From a virus: a stretch of DNA of 64,000 bases. The first letter of the stretch is position 1. Every line of letters begins with the position of its first letter. The DNA lies in IMG/VR virus record IMGVR_UViG_3300042868_011620, positions 68,552 to 132,551 of that record; one strand, 5' to 3'. The position numbers were made by a program, and so were the translations under genes. The notes under the pieces were generated by a model, which was given only the letters and a program-made list of their open reading frames with translations, was not told the origin of the DNA and searched no databases. Shown here one piece after another: positions 1-8,080 of the stretch.

Positions 1-249
1 ACTGACAAATATCATCAAGCAATCGTCAAGCGCGATGAAGCTTGGCAAACGTGGAATGAATTTCATGCAGCTTGCCGCGAAGCTTACGTTGCCGCCACTA
101 ACGCACCTGATTTCACTTACGGTGAAACCCTGTGCTGGGAAAAATACGAGGCAACTTGTAAAAAGCGCGAGGACGCTTATGTTGAAGCGGTTGATGCTGA
201 TGAAGATGTTTGGAGAGCAAAAAACTGGGCAAACAATTACGGCGCATAA
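1..249 (+). CDS. hypothetical protein, 5'-truncated by window edge
   Basis: Frame 1 is open from base 1 (TDKYHQAIVKRDEAW...NNYGA) to TAA at 247-249, followed at once by the cassette terminator. Confidence 0.7.
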   Translation, partial: TDKYHQAIVKRDEAWQTWNEFHAACREAYVAATNAPDFTYGETLCWEKYEATCKKREDAYVEAVDADEDVWRAKNWANNYGA

Positions 250-261
250 CACTAGCAAGAC

Positions 262-288
262 AGCCCACCCTTCGGGGTGGGCTTTTTT
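262..288 (+). terminator. intrinsic terminator (cassette type)
   Basis: AGCCCACCC-TTCG-GGGTGGGC hairpin followed by T6. Confidence 0.9.
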
Positions 289-325
289 GTGCCTTGAAAA
301 AGTTCTCAAAAGAAGAAAAAAAAAC

Positions 326-353
326 TTGCGCTCTCTCCTTCCTCATGTATACT
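326..353 (+). promoter_or_regulatory. sigma70-like early promoter
   Basis: TTGCGC-N16-TATACT with A-rich upstream tract; ATG 8 nt downstream. Confidence 0.75.
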
Positions 354-361
354 AGGGAATC

Positions 362-565
362 ATGAACAAACCACTTAAAGCTAGTGACGCCGAGGACTAT
401 CGCCGTATAATCGAAGTGCTAAAAAAACTTGTAGCTTTCGATGATCTTATGAATGACCCCACATGGGAGGATTCAGGAACTTACATGGGCGCTTATCATG
501 CCTACTATAAGGGGAATTTTGAAGTATGGAAAGAAGCTAGATCATTTCTACCCCAAGAAGCCTAG
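362..565 (+). CDS. hypothetical early protein
   Basis: 67-aa ORF between promoter and terminator. Confidence 0.8.
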   Translation: MNKPLKASDAEDYRRIIEVLKKLVAFDDLMNDPTWEDSGTYMGAYHAYYKGNFEVWKEARSFLPQEA

Positions 566-570
566 CAATT

Positions 571-597
571 AGCCCACCCTTCGGGGTGGGCTTTTTT
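571..597 (+). terminator. intrinsic terminator (cassette type)
   Basis: Same hairpin plus T6 as 262-288. Confidence 0.9.
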
Positions 598-616
598 GTG
601 TTAGAGAAAGGGGAGT

Positions 617-693
617 CATAAGTCGTTGACTGTCAACGACTTACGAGGCTGCGCCCCGCGTTTGCGTAACTCGTTGATTTTCAACGTGCTATC
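617..693. repeat. twin-palindrome element copy 1
   Basis: 29-bp dyad (consensus CGTAACTCGTTGA-N3-TCAACGAGTTACG), 19-bp GC-rich linker, second dyad. Confidence 0.9.
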
Positions 694-783
694 AATTCAC
701 CCCTCTCTATAACAACTCTCTGTCTCGCGATTGTCAAGCGAGAATTTCAGAAAAAGAAAATACCTAAAAACTCAAAAAACATC

Positions 784-811
784 TTGCGTTCATCTCATCA
801 TGAGGTATACT
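784..811 (+). promoter_or_regulatory. sigma70-like early promoter
   Basis: TTGCGT-N16-TATACT; ATG 8 nt downstream. Confidence 0.75.
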
Positions 812-819
812 AAGGAACA

Positions 820-975
820 ATGAAGCAAGCTTCCTCCCACGTTACTCTCCAGATTCACTTCGACTCTCTTGTTGTCAAGGTCAAGGTCAAGCGCAACGAT
901 GCCGCTATCAATTCCGCCGTTCACAAGGAAACTGTCAAGCGCAAAAATCTTCCAAACTTCTACACCTTTGCTTGA
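820..975 (+). CDS. small basic hypothetical protein (51 aa, not in ORF track)
   Basis: MKQASSHVTLQIHFDSLVVKVKVKRND...NFYTFA*; starts at the promoter-predicted position. Confidence 0.7.
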   Translation: MKQASSHVTLQIHFDSLVVKVKVKRNDAAINSAVHKETVKRKNLPNFYTFA

Positions 976-996
976 ATTTAAAGTCTTAAAAAACAC

Positions 997-1024
997 TTGC
1001 ATCTCTCCCATCACCTGCTACACT
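997..1024 (+). promoter_or_regulatory. sigma70-like early promoter
   Basis: TTGCAT-N16-TACACT; ATG 9 nt downstream. Confidence 0.7.
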
Positions 1025-1033
1025 AAAAACATC

Positions 1034-1456
1034 ATGAAACTGATCCTTCCTCTTTGCTCCTTCCTCGCCGTTGCCGCTTGCGTCTACACCCTGGACTTTC
1101 CCGCTACTAGCATCTTTTACGCTTTGTTAGTTCTCTGGGCAGTGACTGGCATTGCCCTGTCCATCATGATTCTAAACGCTCGCCTTCGCCGCAAGGCTAA
1201 GCAAGCAAAAATGTATGCCCACCTTGAAAAGCTGATTGTTGCTAGCAAAGGCAAATTCTTCTCTCTGAGCTTCACCTTGCCCAACGGCAAAAAACAAGTT
1301 ATCAATGGCAAAAATTTCTACTACTCTCTGCTGCGCCTCAACGAGCCTGTGCGCTACAAATTTGTTGATAGGAACCGCAAAGCTTTCACGCAGCTTAAAA
1401 GAGCCTCAAACGTTCGGTTCATCTGCGGCAAAGTGAACACTATGGTCGGCCACTAA
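1034..1456 (+). CDS. membrane-anchored paralog of 5654..5929 (KGKFFS-x-F...INGKN domain)
   Basis: Start moved to ATG 1034 after the promoter; two hydrophobic segments then KGKFFSLSFTLPNGKKQVINGKN...FICGK. Confidence 0.75.
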   Translation: MKLILPLCSFLAVAACVYTLDFPATSIFYALLVLWAVTGIALSIMILNARLRRKAKQAKMYAHLEKLIVASKGKFFSLSFTLPNGKKQVINGKNFYYSLLRLNEPVRYKFVDRNRKAFTQLKRASNVRFICGKVNTMVGH

Positions 1457-1469
1457 CACTAGCAAGACT

Positions 1470-1496
1470 AGCCCACCCTTCGGGGTGGGCTTTTTT
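1470..1496 (+). terminator. intrinsic terminator (cassette type)
   Basis: Same hairpin plus T6. Confidence 0.9.
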
Positions 1497-1515
1497 GTGT
1501 TAGCAAAGCGGGAGT

Positions 1516-1592
1516 CATAAGTCGTTGATTATCAACGAGTTACGAAGTTGCACCGCGCAGCCGCGTAAGTCGTTGATAATCAACGTGCTATC
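1516..1592. repeat. twin-palindrome element copy 2
   Basis: Dyads start at 1516 and 1564. Confidence 0.9.
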
Positions 1593-1635
1593 AATCTTTA
1601 AAAAGCATTTTAATTCTAAAAGAGTGAAAAAAAAC

Positions 1636-1663
1636 TTGCACTCTGCCGCTTCTGCTGTATAGT
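1636..1663 (+). promoter_or_regulatory. sigma70-like early promoter
   Basis: TTGCAC-N16-TATAGT; ATG 8 nt downstream. Confidence 0.8.
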
Positions 1664-1671
1664 GGTGGATC

Positions 1672-1908
1672 ATGAAGTCCTCCCATTCTTCCCCTCCCGT
1701 CTATCGTCAACTCGTTCGCTTTGCGCAGCACTTCTACTGTAGCAGCGATAAAACTGAAGTGTCCTCTTATCGGCAATATAGCAATGGTGATGTTGAACTC
1801 GAAGTTGTCCATTGTTCTGGCAGGCTATCACTCTACGATTCGGTTGCTTGGACTAATGACATCCTTGGGGTACTGGATGAACATGGCGAATCAGCACTCT
1901 GCTGGTAG
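1672..1908 (+). CDS. hypothetical early protein
   Basis: 78-aa ORF between promoter and terminator. Confidence 0.75.
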   Translation: MKSSHSSPPVYRQLVRFAQHFYCSSDKTEVSSYRQYSNGDVELEVVHCSGRLSLYDSVAWTNDILGVLDEHGESALCW

Positions 1909-1924
1909 CTAACACTAGCAAGAT

Positions 1925-1951
1925 AGCCCACCCTTTGGGGTGGGCTTTTTT
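1925..1951 (+). terminator. intrinsic terminator (cassette type)
   Basis: AGCCCACCC-TTTG-GGGTGGGC plus T6. Confidence 0.9.
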
Positions 1952-1970
1952 GTGGTCGTGAATAGACTTG

Positions 1971-2047
1971 CGTAACTCGTTGAGTATCAACGAGTTACGA
2001 GGTTGCACCGCGCAGCCGCGTAAGTCGTTGATAATCAACGTGCTATC
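1971..2047. repeat. twin-palindrome element copy 3
   Basis: Dyads start at 1971 and 2019. Confidence 0.9.
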
Positions 2048-2090
2048 AATCTTTAAAAAGCATTTTAATTCCAAAAGAGTAAAAAAAAAC

Positions 2091-2118
2091 TTGCACTCTG
2101 CCGCTTCTGACGTATAGT
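2091..2118 (+). promoter_or_regulatory. sigma70-like early promoter
   Basis: TTGCAC-N16-TATAGT; near-identical to 1636-1663. Confidence 0.8.
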
Positions 2119-2126
2119 AATGGATC

Positions 2127-2411
2127 ATGAAGTCTCTCTCTTCTCTCTCTCCTACTCAAGCCATTATCATCCGCTTTCTCTGCAATCTGTGGAAGCGTAA
2201 TCACGCTCAAGTCAAACTTGCCAGAATCAACTCAGTCAAGGCCCATTCTGGTCTTGCCACAAATCGCCTCTTAGATATGTTAGACGCTGAACTGACAGCG
2301 GCAGAAACTCGCCGCAACATTGCCTTTCATGAATTGATGAATTTTGTCGATGAAATCGGATTGGACGATTCGGAAGTTGTTGACTTGTTAGACCCTAAAC
2401 TGAGTCGCTAA
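2127..2411 (+). CDS. hypothetical early protein
   Basis: 94-aa ORF between promoter and terminator. Confidence 0.8.
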   Translation: MKSLSSLSPTQAIIIRFLCNLWKRNHAQVKLARINSVKAHSGLATNRLLDMLDAELTAAETRRNIAFHELMNFVDEIGLDDSEVVDLLDPKLSR

Positions 2412-2417
2412 CAACTT

Positions 2418-2444
2418 AGCTCACTCGAAAGAGTGGGCTTTTTT
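2418..2444 (+). terminator. intrinsic terminator
   Basis: AGCTCACTC-GAAA-GAGTGGGC plus T6. Confidence 0.85.
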
Positions 2445-2463
2445 GTGGTCGCGAATAGACATG

Positions 2464-2540
2464 CGTAACTCGTTGATTATCAACAGGTTACGAGGTTGCA
2501 CCGCGCAGCGCCGTAACTCGTTGATTATCAACAACTTATG
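2464..2540. repeat. twin-palindrome element copy 4
   Basis: Dyads start at 2464 and 2512. Confidence 0.9.
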
Positions 2541-2589
2541 AACGCCCTCTTCTCATCCATCGATCCCAGACTCTCTATTTAGCACTTTG

Positions 2590-2648
2590 CTATTTGCAAC
2601 TCTCCTATTTGCAACTCTCCTATTTGCAACTCTTTCACTTGCAACTCC
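2590..2648 (+). repeat. 15-bp tandem repeat CTATTTGCAACTCTC (about 3-4 copies)
   Basis: Seen directly; the same TTTGCAA(C/G)T core recurs at 8211-8325. Confidence 0.8.
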
Positions 2649-2650
2649 TC

Positions 2651-2679
2651 TTGACAAGAGAAAAATTCTCGCGTAAGAT
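2651..2679 (+). promoter_or_regulatory. sigma70-like promoter
   Basis: TTGACA-N17-TAAGAT; ATG 8 nt downstream. Confidence 0.75.
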
Positions 2680-2687
2680 GAAGTCCT

Positions 2688-2885
2688 ATGAACCAAATAG
2701 AACAAGCCCTCTTTTATCGCGACGGACTGTCTGTAGCCGAAGCGGAATTCTTTGTTAGAGAAGCTCGCGCCCGCGTATGGGATGGCGAAAGTCCTGAAAA
2801 AATTCTACAAGACGAATTCTTTCTTGAACCAGAATATGCTATCGACTTGATCGGCTCCCAATCTTTTACCGCAATTGATGAATAA
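2688..2885 (+). CDS. hypothetical protein
   Basis: 65-aa acidic ORF after the promoter. Confidence 0.75.
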   Translation: MNQIEQALFYRDGLSVAEAEFFVREARARVWDGESPEKILQDEFFLEPEYAIDLIGSQSFTAIDE

Positions 2886-2935
2886 TCTCTTGACTCTCGC
2901 CCAAAATAATGTATTTTAAATCTCCACTACACCTT

Positions 2936-3112
2936 ATGAAAAAACTCCTCTTCCTTCTCAACAAAACCTTTTTCCCCGCATCTAAAGAAATCGAAGAATG
3001 GTTTCGCGCTGGGGATCAACCAGTCTATGGCGCGAAAGTCTTTTCTCAAAAATCTTGGATGGAAAAACAAATCGAAGAATCGATGCGCAAAAAATCCCTT
3101 GGACTTCACTAA
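2936..3112 (+). CDS. hypothetical protein
   Basis: MKKLLFLLNK...; start placed downstream of a TTGACT-N16-TATTTT motif. Confidence 0.6.
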   Translation: MKKLLFLLNKTFFPASKEIEEWFRAGDQPVYGAKVFSQKSWMEKQIEESMRKKSLGLH

Positions 3113-3138
3113 TCTCACCTTTGAACAATACAAATCAA

Positions 3139-3327
3139 ATGGACAAACCTTCAAACGAAATCATGGCAATCATTTGTAGCTTAGCCGCCAATGCTTTGCA
3201 GCAAAACAAAAATTGGGAAGATGCGATTGAAACGCACGGCTACATGGCAGAAATGGAATACTGCAACAAAGAAAAGGAGAGCCTCAAGCTTCTTGACGAA
3301 TGGATCGACCAAGTCGAAGCTGAATAA
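3139..3327 (+). CDS. hypothetical protein
   Basis: MDKPSNEIMA...QVEAE; ends just before the terminator. Confidence 0.65.
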   Translation: MDKPSNEIMAIICSLAANALQQNKNWEDAIETHGYMAEMEYCNKEKESLKLLDEWIDQVEAE

Positions 3328-3342
3328 GATCCTAACGCTACT

Positions 3343-3368
3343 AGCCCACTCTTCGGAGTGGGCTTTTT
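3343..3368 (+). terminator. intrinsic terminator
   Basis: AGCCCACTC-TTCG-GAGTGGGC plus T5 (compensatory change relative to the other copies). Confidence 0.9.
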
Positions 3369-3378
3369 ACTGCTCATC

Positions 3379-3455
3379 GCTAAACTGTTGATTATCAAGG
3401 ACTTACAGCGCTGCGTGGCCCGCCCGCGTAACTCGTTGATAATCAACGAGTTATC
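3379..3455. repeat. twin-palindrome element copy 5 (first dyad degenerate)
   Basis: Dyads start at 3379 and 3427. Confidence 0.85.
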
Positions 3456-3546
3456 AATTCACACCATCTTATAACAATTGTTGCGCCCGCCATTGTCAAC
3501 CGCGAATTCAAGAAAAAAAATAATCACATCAAATTCAAAATAAAAG

Positions 3547-3574
3547 TTGCGTTCTCCAGTTCCTCGCCTATAGT
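3547..3574 (+). promoter_or_regulatory. sigma70-like early promoter
   Basis: TTGCGT-N16-TATAGT. Confidence 0.75.
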
Positions 3575-3619
3575 CTTTTTAGCTGCACGTTGCAGTTCTT
3601 CACACTAACTAACTACACT

Positions 3620-4378
3620 ATGTCCCTCCTCCTTGCCAAAAACGTCGTTTCCCGCGAAGCTCTGTCCCGCGTCCCCACTCCTGATGCGGTGGATCGTTTT
3701 CATCCCATTGCCCATGGTGAACTTGCTGATGCAACTCGCCTTGCCATTTCCAACGCTGGTTTGGAAATCCTCGAAGAGGAACACGCTCTTGCTCGCGGCG
3801 GCTTGCGCTACTTTGGCGGGTTCGCTTTGCGCGGTGCTGGAATTGATAGCGCTGACCGCAACATCGTGCTGGGCCTCCGCAACGCTCACGATAAAACGTT
3901 TGCCGCCAGCATCTGCGTTGGCAACCGCATGATCGTTTGTGACAACCTGTGCTTTGCTAGCGACATCAAGCTGGCCCGCCGTCACACCACCAACATCATG
4001 AACGACATTCCTCGCGTTCTTGCTAGTGCAGTGTCCCGCGTGGTGAGTCACTGGAACGACATGGGCAAGCGCATCAAAGCCTATCAAGAAACCGTGATCG
4101 GTGACGCCACCGCTTCGGACCTGCTGGTGAAGCTGGTGGATAGCAAAGCCTTCCCCGCCCGCGACATTTACAACGCGATTCTGGAGTTCCGCGCTCCCCG
4201 CCATCCTGAGTTTGCTGGCAACTCTCTGTGGAGCCTTTACAACTCTGTGACCGAGAATCTCAAGAACGGAGACTTGACCAAGCTCCCCGCCCGCACCATG
4301 GTGATGCAAAGCGTGTTTGACCGCGTGGCGCATCATGAAAGCATCATCGAAATCGATGCTGAAATCCTCGTCGCCTAA
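3620..4378 (+). CDS. DUF932-like phage protein
   Basis: LGLRNAHDK...VGNRMIVCDNL...RRHT and SLWSLYNSVTE motifs typical of the DUF932 family. Confidence 0.75.
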   Translation: MSLLLAKNVVSREALSRVPTPDAVDRFHPIAHGELADATRLAISNAGLEILEEEHALARGGLRYFGGFALRGAGIDSADRNIVLGLRNAHDKTFAASICVGNRMIVCDNLCFASDIKLARRHTTNIMNDIPRVLASAVSRVVSHWNDMGKRIKAYQETVIGDATASDLLVKLVDSKAFPARDIYNAILEFRAPRHPEFAGNSLWSLYNSVTENLKNGDLTKLPARTMVMQSVFDRVAHHESIIEIDAEILVA

Positions 4379-4389
4379 CCGCTAGCGCA

Positions 4390-4423
4390 AGCCCCGCAAT
4401 CCTAACCGATTGCGGGGTTTTTT
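4390..4423 (+). terminator. intrinsic terminator
   Basis: GCCCCGCAATC...GATTGCGGGGT plus T-tract. Confidence 0.85.
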
Positions 4424-4442
4424 GCGTCTACTCTCAGAGCTT

Positions 4443-4519
4443 CATAACTCGTTGAGTATCAACGAGTTACGGGGCTGCGCCCCGCGTTCGCGTAACTCGT
4501 TGATTATCAACGACTTACG
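4443..4519. repeat. twin-palindrome element copy 6
   Basis: Dyads start at 4443 and 4491. Confidence 0.9.
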
Positions 4520-4609
4520 ACTGCGCCTCTCTTTATAACAACAACTCGTTCCGCCTTTGTCAACCGCGTTTTTCAAGAAAAATAAAATGCTTTAAAATGA
4601 TTTAAAATG

Positions 4610-4637
4610 TTGCAATCCTTTTTCCCCGTGCTATAGT
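4610..4637 (+). promoter_or_regulatory. sigma70-like early promoter
   Basis: TTGCAA-N16-TATAGT; ATG 6 nt downstream. Confidence 0.8.
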
Positions 4638-4643
4638 TTGGCC

Positions 4644-5330
4644 ATGCAGCTACTCTCTAAAAACAATACGAAGATCATCAAGGGGCAAAAACTCAAGGTG
4701 ATGACATGGGGACTCTCTCTGGTCCCTAACACAATGAACGGCAAGATCAACCTTTGCCCCTTTGCTAGTGATGGGTGCATTTTTGGTTGCTTGGAAACCG
4801 CTGGTCGCGGCGTCTTTGAAAACGTAAGGGCAGCGCGAATGAAACGCACAATGCTGTTTGTTGACCACCAAAAAACTTTCTTGATTCAATTGGAGTCGGA
4901 AATTAATGCTGCGCAGAAAAGCGCCAAGCGGGCAGGAATGAAGTGTGCCATTCGGCTGAATGTGCTTTCCGATGTGGGATGGCACAAATTGCTAGACTTT
5001 TCCAAGTGGCCCGACATCCAGTTCTACGACTACACCCCTAACACTAACAGAATGGTGCAGTACCTCCAAGGCAAACTCCCTAGCAATTACCACCTCACCT
5101 TCAGCCGCAAGGAAAACAACCAGACTGCTGTGGAGTTGATCGCGGCCATGGGCGGCAACATCGCCGTCGTGTTCGATGAACTCCCTAACACTTACCTTGG
5201 CAAAACTGTTGTCAACGGTGATGACACCGACGTTCGCTTTCTGGACGGTCAAAACGTTATCGTGGGACTGAAAGCCAAGGGTCGCGCCAGAAAAGATTCC
5301 TCTGGGTTTGTGGTCAAAGCACTAGCATAA
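4644..5330 (+). CDS. Gp88-family phage protein (Cys-cluster protein)
   Basis: NLCPFASDGCIFGCL, RLNVLSDV, FYDYT, YHLTFS, GDDTDVRFLD and GLKAKG motifs. Confidence 0.75.
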   Translation: MQLLSKNNTKIIKGQKLKVMTWGLSLVPNTMNGKINLCPFASDGCIFGCLETAGRGVFENVRAARMKRTMLFVDHQKTFLIQLESEINAAQKSAKRAGMKCAIRLNVLSDVGWHKLLDFSKWPDIQFYDYTPNTNRMVQYLQGKLPSNYHLTFSRKENNQTAVELIAAMGGNIAVVFDELPNTYLGKTVVNGDDTDVRFLDGQNVIVGLKAKGRARKDSSGFVVKALA

Positions 5331-5405
5331 ATTATGATCACCACCCTTTCCATCATGCTGATCCTCACCTTAATATCCCTAACCAAAAAGAAAGCCTAGC
5401 AAACT

Positions 5406-5432
5406 AGCCCACCCTTCGGGGTGGGCCTTTTT
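5406..5432 (+). terminator. intrinsic terminator (cassette type)
   Basis: Same hairpin plus T-tract. Confidence 0.9.
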
Positions 5433-5451
5433 GTGTTAGCGAAGGGGGAGT

Positions 5452-5528
5452 CATAAGTCGTTGAGTATCAACGAGTTACGCGGCTGCGCCCCGCGCCCGC
5501 GTAACCCCTTGAAAATCAACGAGTTACG
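5452..5528. repeat. twin-palindrome element copy 7
   Basis: Dyads start at 5452 and 5500. Confidence 0.9.
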
Positions 5529-5617
5529 AGGTTCCATGCGCCTATAACAATTTCTTTTCCTACGCTTGTCAACCGAGAATGTGGAGGAAAATAATTGCTT
5601 TAAAATCAAAAGAAATG

Positions 5618-5645
5618 TTGCACTCTGCCAAGGATGGGCTACTAT
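5618..5645 (+). promoter_or_regulatory. sigma70-like early promoter
   Basis: TTGCAC-N16-TACTAT; ATG 8 nt downstream. Confidence 0.75.
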
Positions 5646-5653
5646 AGTGAACT

Positions 5654-5929
5654 ATGAACAACCAACTTGACGATCTCATTGCTGCCACTAAAGGCAAGTT
5701 CTTCAGTATCACCTTCACTAAGAAGGACGGCACCTCCCGCACCATCAATGGCAAGAACCGATATGATCGGTTAGTGAAGGGCGTTGGCTCTCCCGCAACC
5801 GTCGCTTTGAAAGAAGGCGGTTACACTAGCTTTGTGAACCGTAACCGTGATGGCTGGGTTTCTGCACACAAGGAAAACGTGCTGACTTTCAAGTGTGGCA
5901 AGATTCGAGAAACTTTCGTGATGATCTGA
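5654..5929 (+). CDS. small phage protein, possible SH3/Sm-like fold
   Basis: FFSITFTKKDGTSRTINGK motif; paralog of the C-terminal part of 1034..1456. Confidence 0.7.
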   Translation: MNNQLDDLIAATKGKFFSITFTKKDGTSRTINGKNRYDRLVKGVGSPATVALKEGGYTSFVNRNRDGWVSAHKENVLTFKCGKIRETFVMI

Positions 5930-5961
5930 GACAGTCTCTTTAACCCATACCTCATAACAAT

Positions 5962-6165
5962 ATGACCGTTTATCAAATGTTGATTCGCAAAGCTCATCTT
6001 TCAGATGGATACAGGGCCGCTGCTGCCTTGAATAAAGAATCTTACAGGCGTCTTCGCGAAGCAAAGCTTCTTTATGGCCACAACACTCTCAAAAGCCATA
6101 AGCACTTTGAGAAAGTCAAGATGCAAATGGCAAGAGAAGCTACAGCAGTTATTCGCTCCCTTTAA
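5962..6165 (+). CDS. hypothetical protein, paralog of 6184..6450
   Basis: Shared MTxYQxLIxKAHLxD N-terminus and REAxxxIRxL C-terminus. Confidence 0.75.
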   Translation: MTVYQMLIRKAHLSDGYRAAAALNKESYRRLREAKLLYGHNTLKSHKHFEKVKMQMAREATAVIRSL

Positions 6166-6183
6166 CCCACAACCAACAACAAC

Positions 6184-6450
6184 ATGACCACCTATCAATT
6201 CCTGATTAAAAAAGCTCACCTCAACGATTGTGAGGAAGACTCTAATTCCATCGTGGCAGAAAAACATTGGGATATCGCGACAGATGAGCGCAACCATCGC
6301 ATTCAAACTGGTATGGCAATTTTCTGCTATCTTTCTCATGGTGGCAGTGAAATGTTGCAATCGCCTGCTGCTATCAACTTCAAGCGGAAAATCGAACGCG
6401 ACCTGAACAGGGAAGCTGCCGAAGCGATTCGCGCTCTGTATCAAGAATAA
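6184..6450 (+). CDS. hypothetical protein, paralog of 5962..6165
   Basis: As above; ends before the terminator. Confidence 0.75.
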   Translation: MTTYQFLIKKAHLNDCEEDSNSIVAEKHWDIATDERNHRIQTGMAIFCYLSHGGSEMLQSPAAINFKRKIERDLNREAAEAIRALYQE

Positions 6451-6456
6451 CTAATC

Positions 6457-6483
6457 AGCCCACCCTTCGGGGTGGGCTTTTTT
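6457..6483 (+). terminator. intrinsic terminator (cassette type)
   Basis: Same hairpin plus T6. Confidence 0.9.
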
Positions 6484-6502
6484 GTGTTAGCGAAGAGGGA
6501 GT

Positions 6503-6579
6503 TGTAACTCGTTGAGTTTCAACGACTTATGGCGCTGCACGGCGCAGCCGCGTAACCACTTGATAATCAACGTGCTATC
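6503..6579. repeat. twin-palindrome element copy 8
   Basis: Dyads start at 6503 and 6551. Confidence 0.85.
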
Positions 6580-6614
6580 AATGTTTAAAAAAGCATTTTA
6601 ATTGAAAAAAAGTG

Positions 6615-6642
6615 TTGCACATCCTCCGTTCTACTGTATAAT
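6615..6642 (+). promoter_or_regulatory. sigma70-like early promoter
   Basis: TTGCAC-N16-TATAAT; ATG 6 nt downstream. Confidence 0.8.
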
Positions 6643-6648
6643 ATTCCC

Positions 6649-6996
6649 ATGGACACTCGCTGTTACTTCAACCTACATAAGAGAAAGATTTCTGTTCAGA
6701 AAAAAATCAATGGAGTTTGGAAGGTGGTTCGCCATGCTGACTCTGTCGCTTTGGACAACGCTACCTTTCAAGTGTCCCAAGCTGGACGGGAGCGCGTCTT
6801 GCAACAGAAGCGCAAAAATGTTCATGCTTACATCTGTGGCACTGAATCAGGAAGTTTCGACTACTACAAGAAGCTCCGACAAGTCAACTACAATCCCTAT
6901 CTCTTCGGTTACTTTTTCGAGAAGGAGTCTGGAGATCCAGTGTACAAAGCCCCCTCTGTTTTAATCTGCGGAAAAAAAATCATCATCACCCACTAA
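6649..6996 (+). CDS. conserved phage hypothetical protein
   Basis: YFNLHK...FQVSQAGRERVL...RKNVHAY...YNPY pattern recalled from phage proteins. Confidence 0.75.
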   Translation: MDTRCYFNLHKRKISVQKKINGVWKVVRHADSVALDNATFQVSQAGRERVLQQKRKNVHAYICGTESGSFDYYKKLRQVNYNPYLFGYFFEKESGDPVYKAPSVLICGKKIIITH

Positions 6997-7112
6997 TATG
7001 TCAGCCAAAAAAAACAAAATGCCCAACCCGTTCATCTTTCTGCTGGTATACACTTTGTCAGTGGGCAGCATCCTGATGATTCTTATGAAACTCTTTCCTC
7101 GCGGCCTTTAAT

Positions 7113-7346
7113 ATGACTAGTTCCAACATCATCGTCACTGCTTTAAATACCACTGTCGATCCCATTCTTGACAAGATCATCATGGACGCGGCAGATTTAG
7201 AGAATAGTTTTAATTCTTATCAACAAGCTGTAGAGTTTTCCTCTACAAGATGCACATACGAGCAAGCAATGATTCTTTCCATCGCTTATAAAAGGCTCGC
7301 CCAAACCATGGAAGACATTGCCTCACACATCAAACCAAAAATATGA
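7113..7346 (+). CDS. hypothetical protein
   Basis: 77-aa ORF with ATGA overlap to the next gene. Confidence 0.7.
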   Translation: MTSSNIIVTALNTTVDPILDKIIMDAADLENSFNSYQQAVEFSSTRCTYEQAMILSIAYKRLAQTMEDIASHIKPKI

Positions 7347-7642
7347 GTCTCGACAAAGCAATCCAATACGGCAAAGAAAAGCGCGTACAGTATCGCCGCA
7401 GCTTAGCCTTTGACCGCAGTTGCCGCAACCATGGCAACTGCGGTTACTGTGAGAGTAACCGAACGATTCAATCTCAGAAAGAATTGCGTCGAATCGAATC
7501 ACAAGAGCATGACCTTGATGATCCATGCTATCTTGATGATTTAATCAATGGGGAAATCACTGTTGAAGAATGGAATAAAAGAGTTGACGCTCACGATGAT
7601 TTACACCATGACTGGAGCGCTTATGTGCAATACATTAGGTAA
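7343..7642 (+). CDS. conserved phage hypothetical protein (CRNHGxCxxC)
   Basis: GKEKR...DRSCRNHGNCGYCESNR, possible Zn-binding motif. Confidence 0.75.
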   Translation: MSLDKAIQYGKEKRVQYRRSLAFDRSCRNHGNCGYCESNRTIQSQKELRRIESQEHDLDDPCYLDDLINGEITVEEWNKRVDAHDDLHHDWSAYVQYIR

Positions 7643-7714
7643 CTCGTTGAATATCAACGAGTTACGAGGCTGCGCCCCGCGTTCGCGTAAGTCGTTGAAT
7701 ATCAACAGGTTACG
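7638..7714. repeat. twin-palindrome element copy 9
   Basis: Dyads start at 7638 and 7686; supplies the TAA stop of the upstream ORF. Confidence 0.9.
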
Positions 7715-7749
7715 AGGATTTAAAAAAGAATTTAAATTCAAAAAAACTC

Positions 7750-7777
7750 TTGCATCTTGCTCGCCCTGCACTATAGT
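7750..7777 (+). promoter_or_regulatory. sigma70-like early promoter
   Basis: TTGCAT-N16-TATAGT; ATG 8 nt downstream. Confidence 0.8.
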
Positions 7778-7785
7778 CTTTTATT

Positions 7786-8067
7786 ATGATTAAACTTGCT
7801 GTACACGATGGAACCCTGCATCTCTATTCTGAAGACTTCAATGGCGACGACCTTGGCGACTTTTTTGGAACTGAAGAATTTGTGGAGCTACTTACTAACG
7901 ATACCTGCGCCAGTGTCACGTATGACAAAGGAGTGTTTGATAAACAGATGTTAGCAGGCATCCTTTACGATTACATCGAATGTGGTTGGATGAAAAATGT
8001 TAGGGAGGTGGAGCTGCCAGATGGTCGCACGTTCCATATTGAATTCAACCTTGAATTCTCTGCGTAA
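7786..8067 (+). CDS. hypothetical acidic protein
   Basis: 93-aa ORF after the promoter. Confidence 0.75.
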   Translation: MIKLAVHDGTLHLYSEDFNGDDLGDFFGTEEFVELLTNDTCASVTYDKGVFDKQMLAGILYDYIECGWMKNVREVELPDGRTFHIEFNLEFSA

Positions 8068-8080
8068 CAAGAGACGCCCT

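Noticed and set aside
3605-4336. 243-aa minus-strand ORF
   Set aside because: Antisense to the DUF932-like gene, which has the promoter, terminator and family motifs
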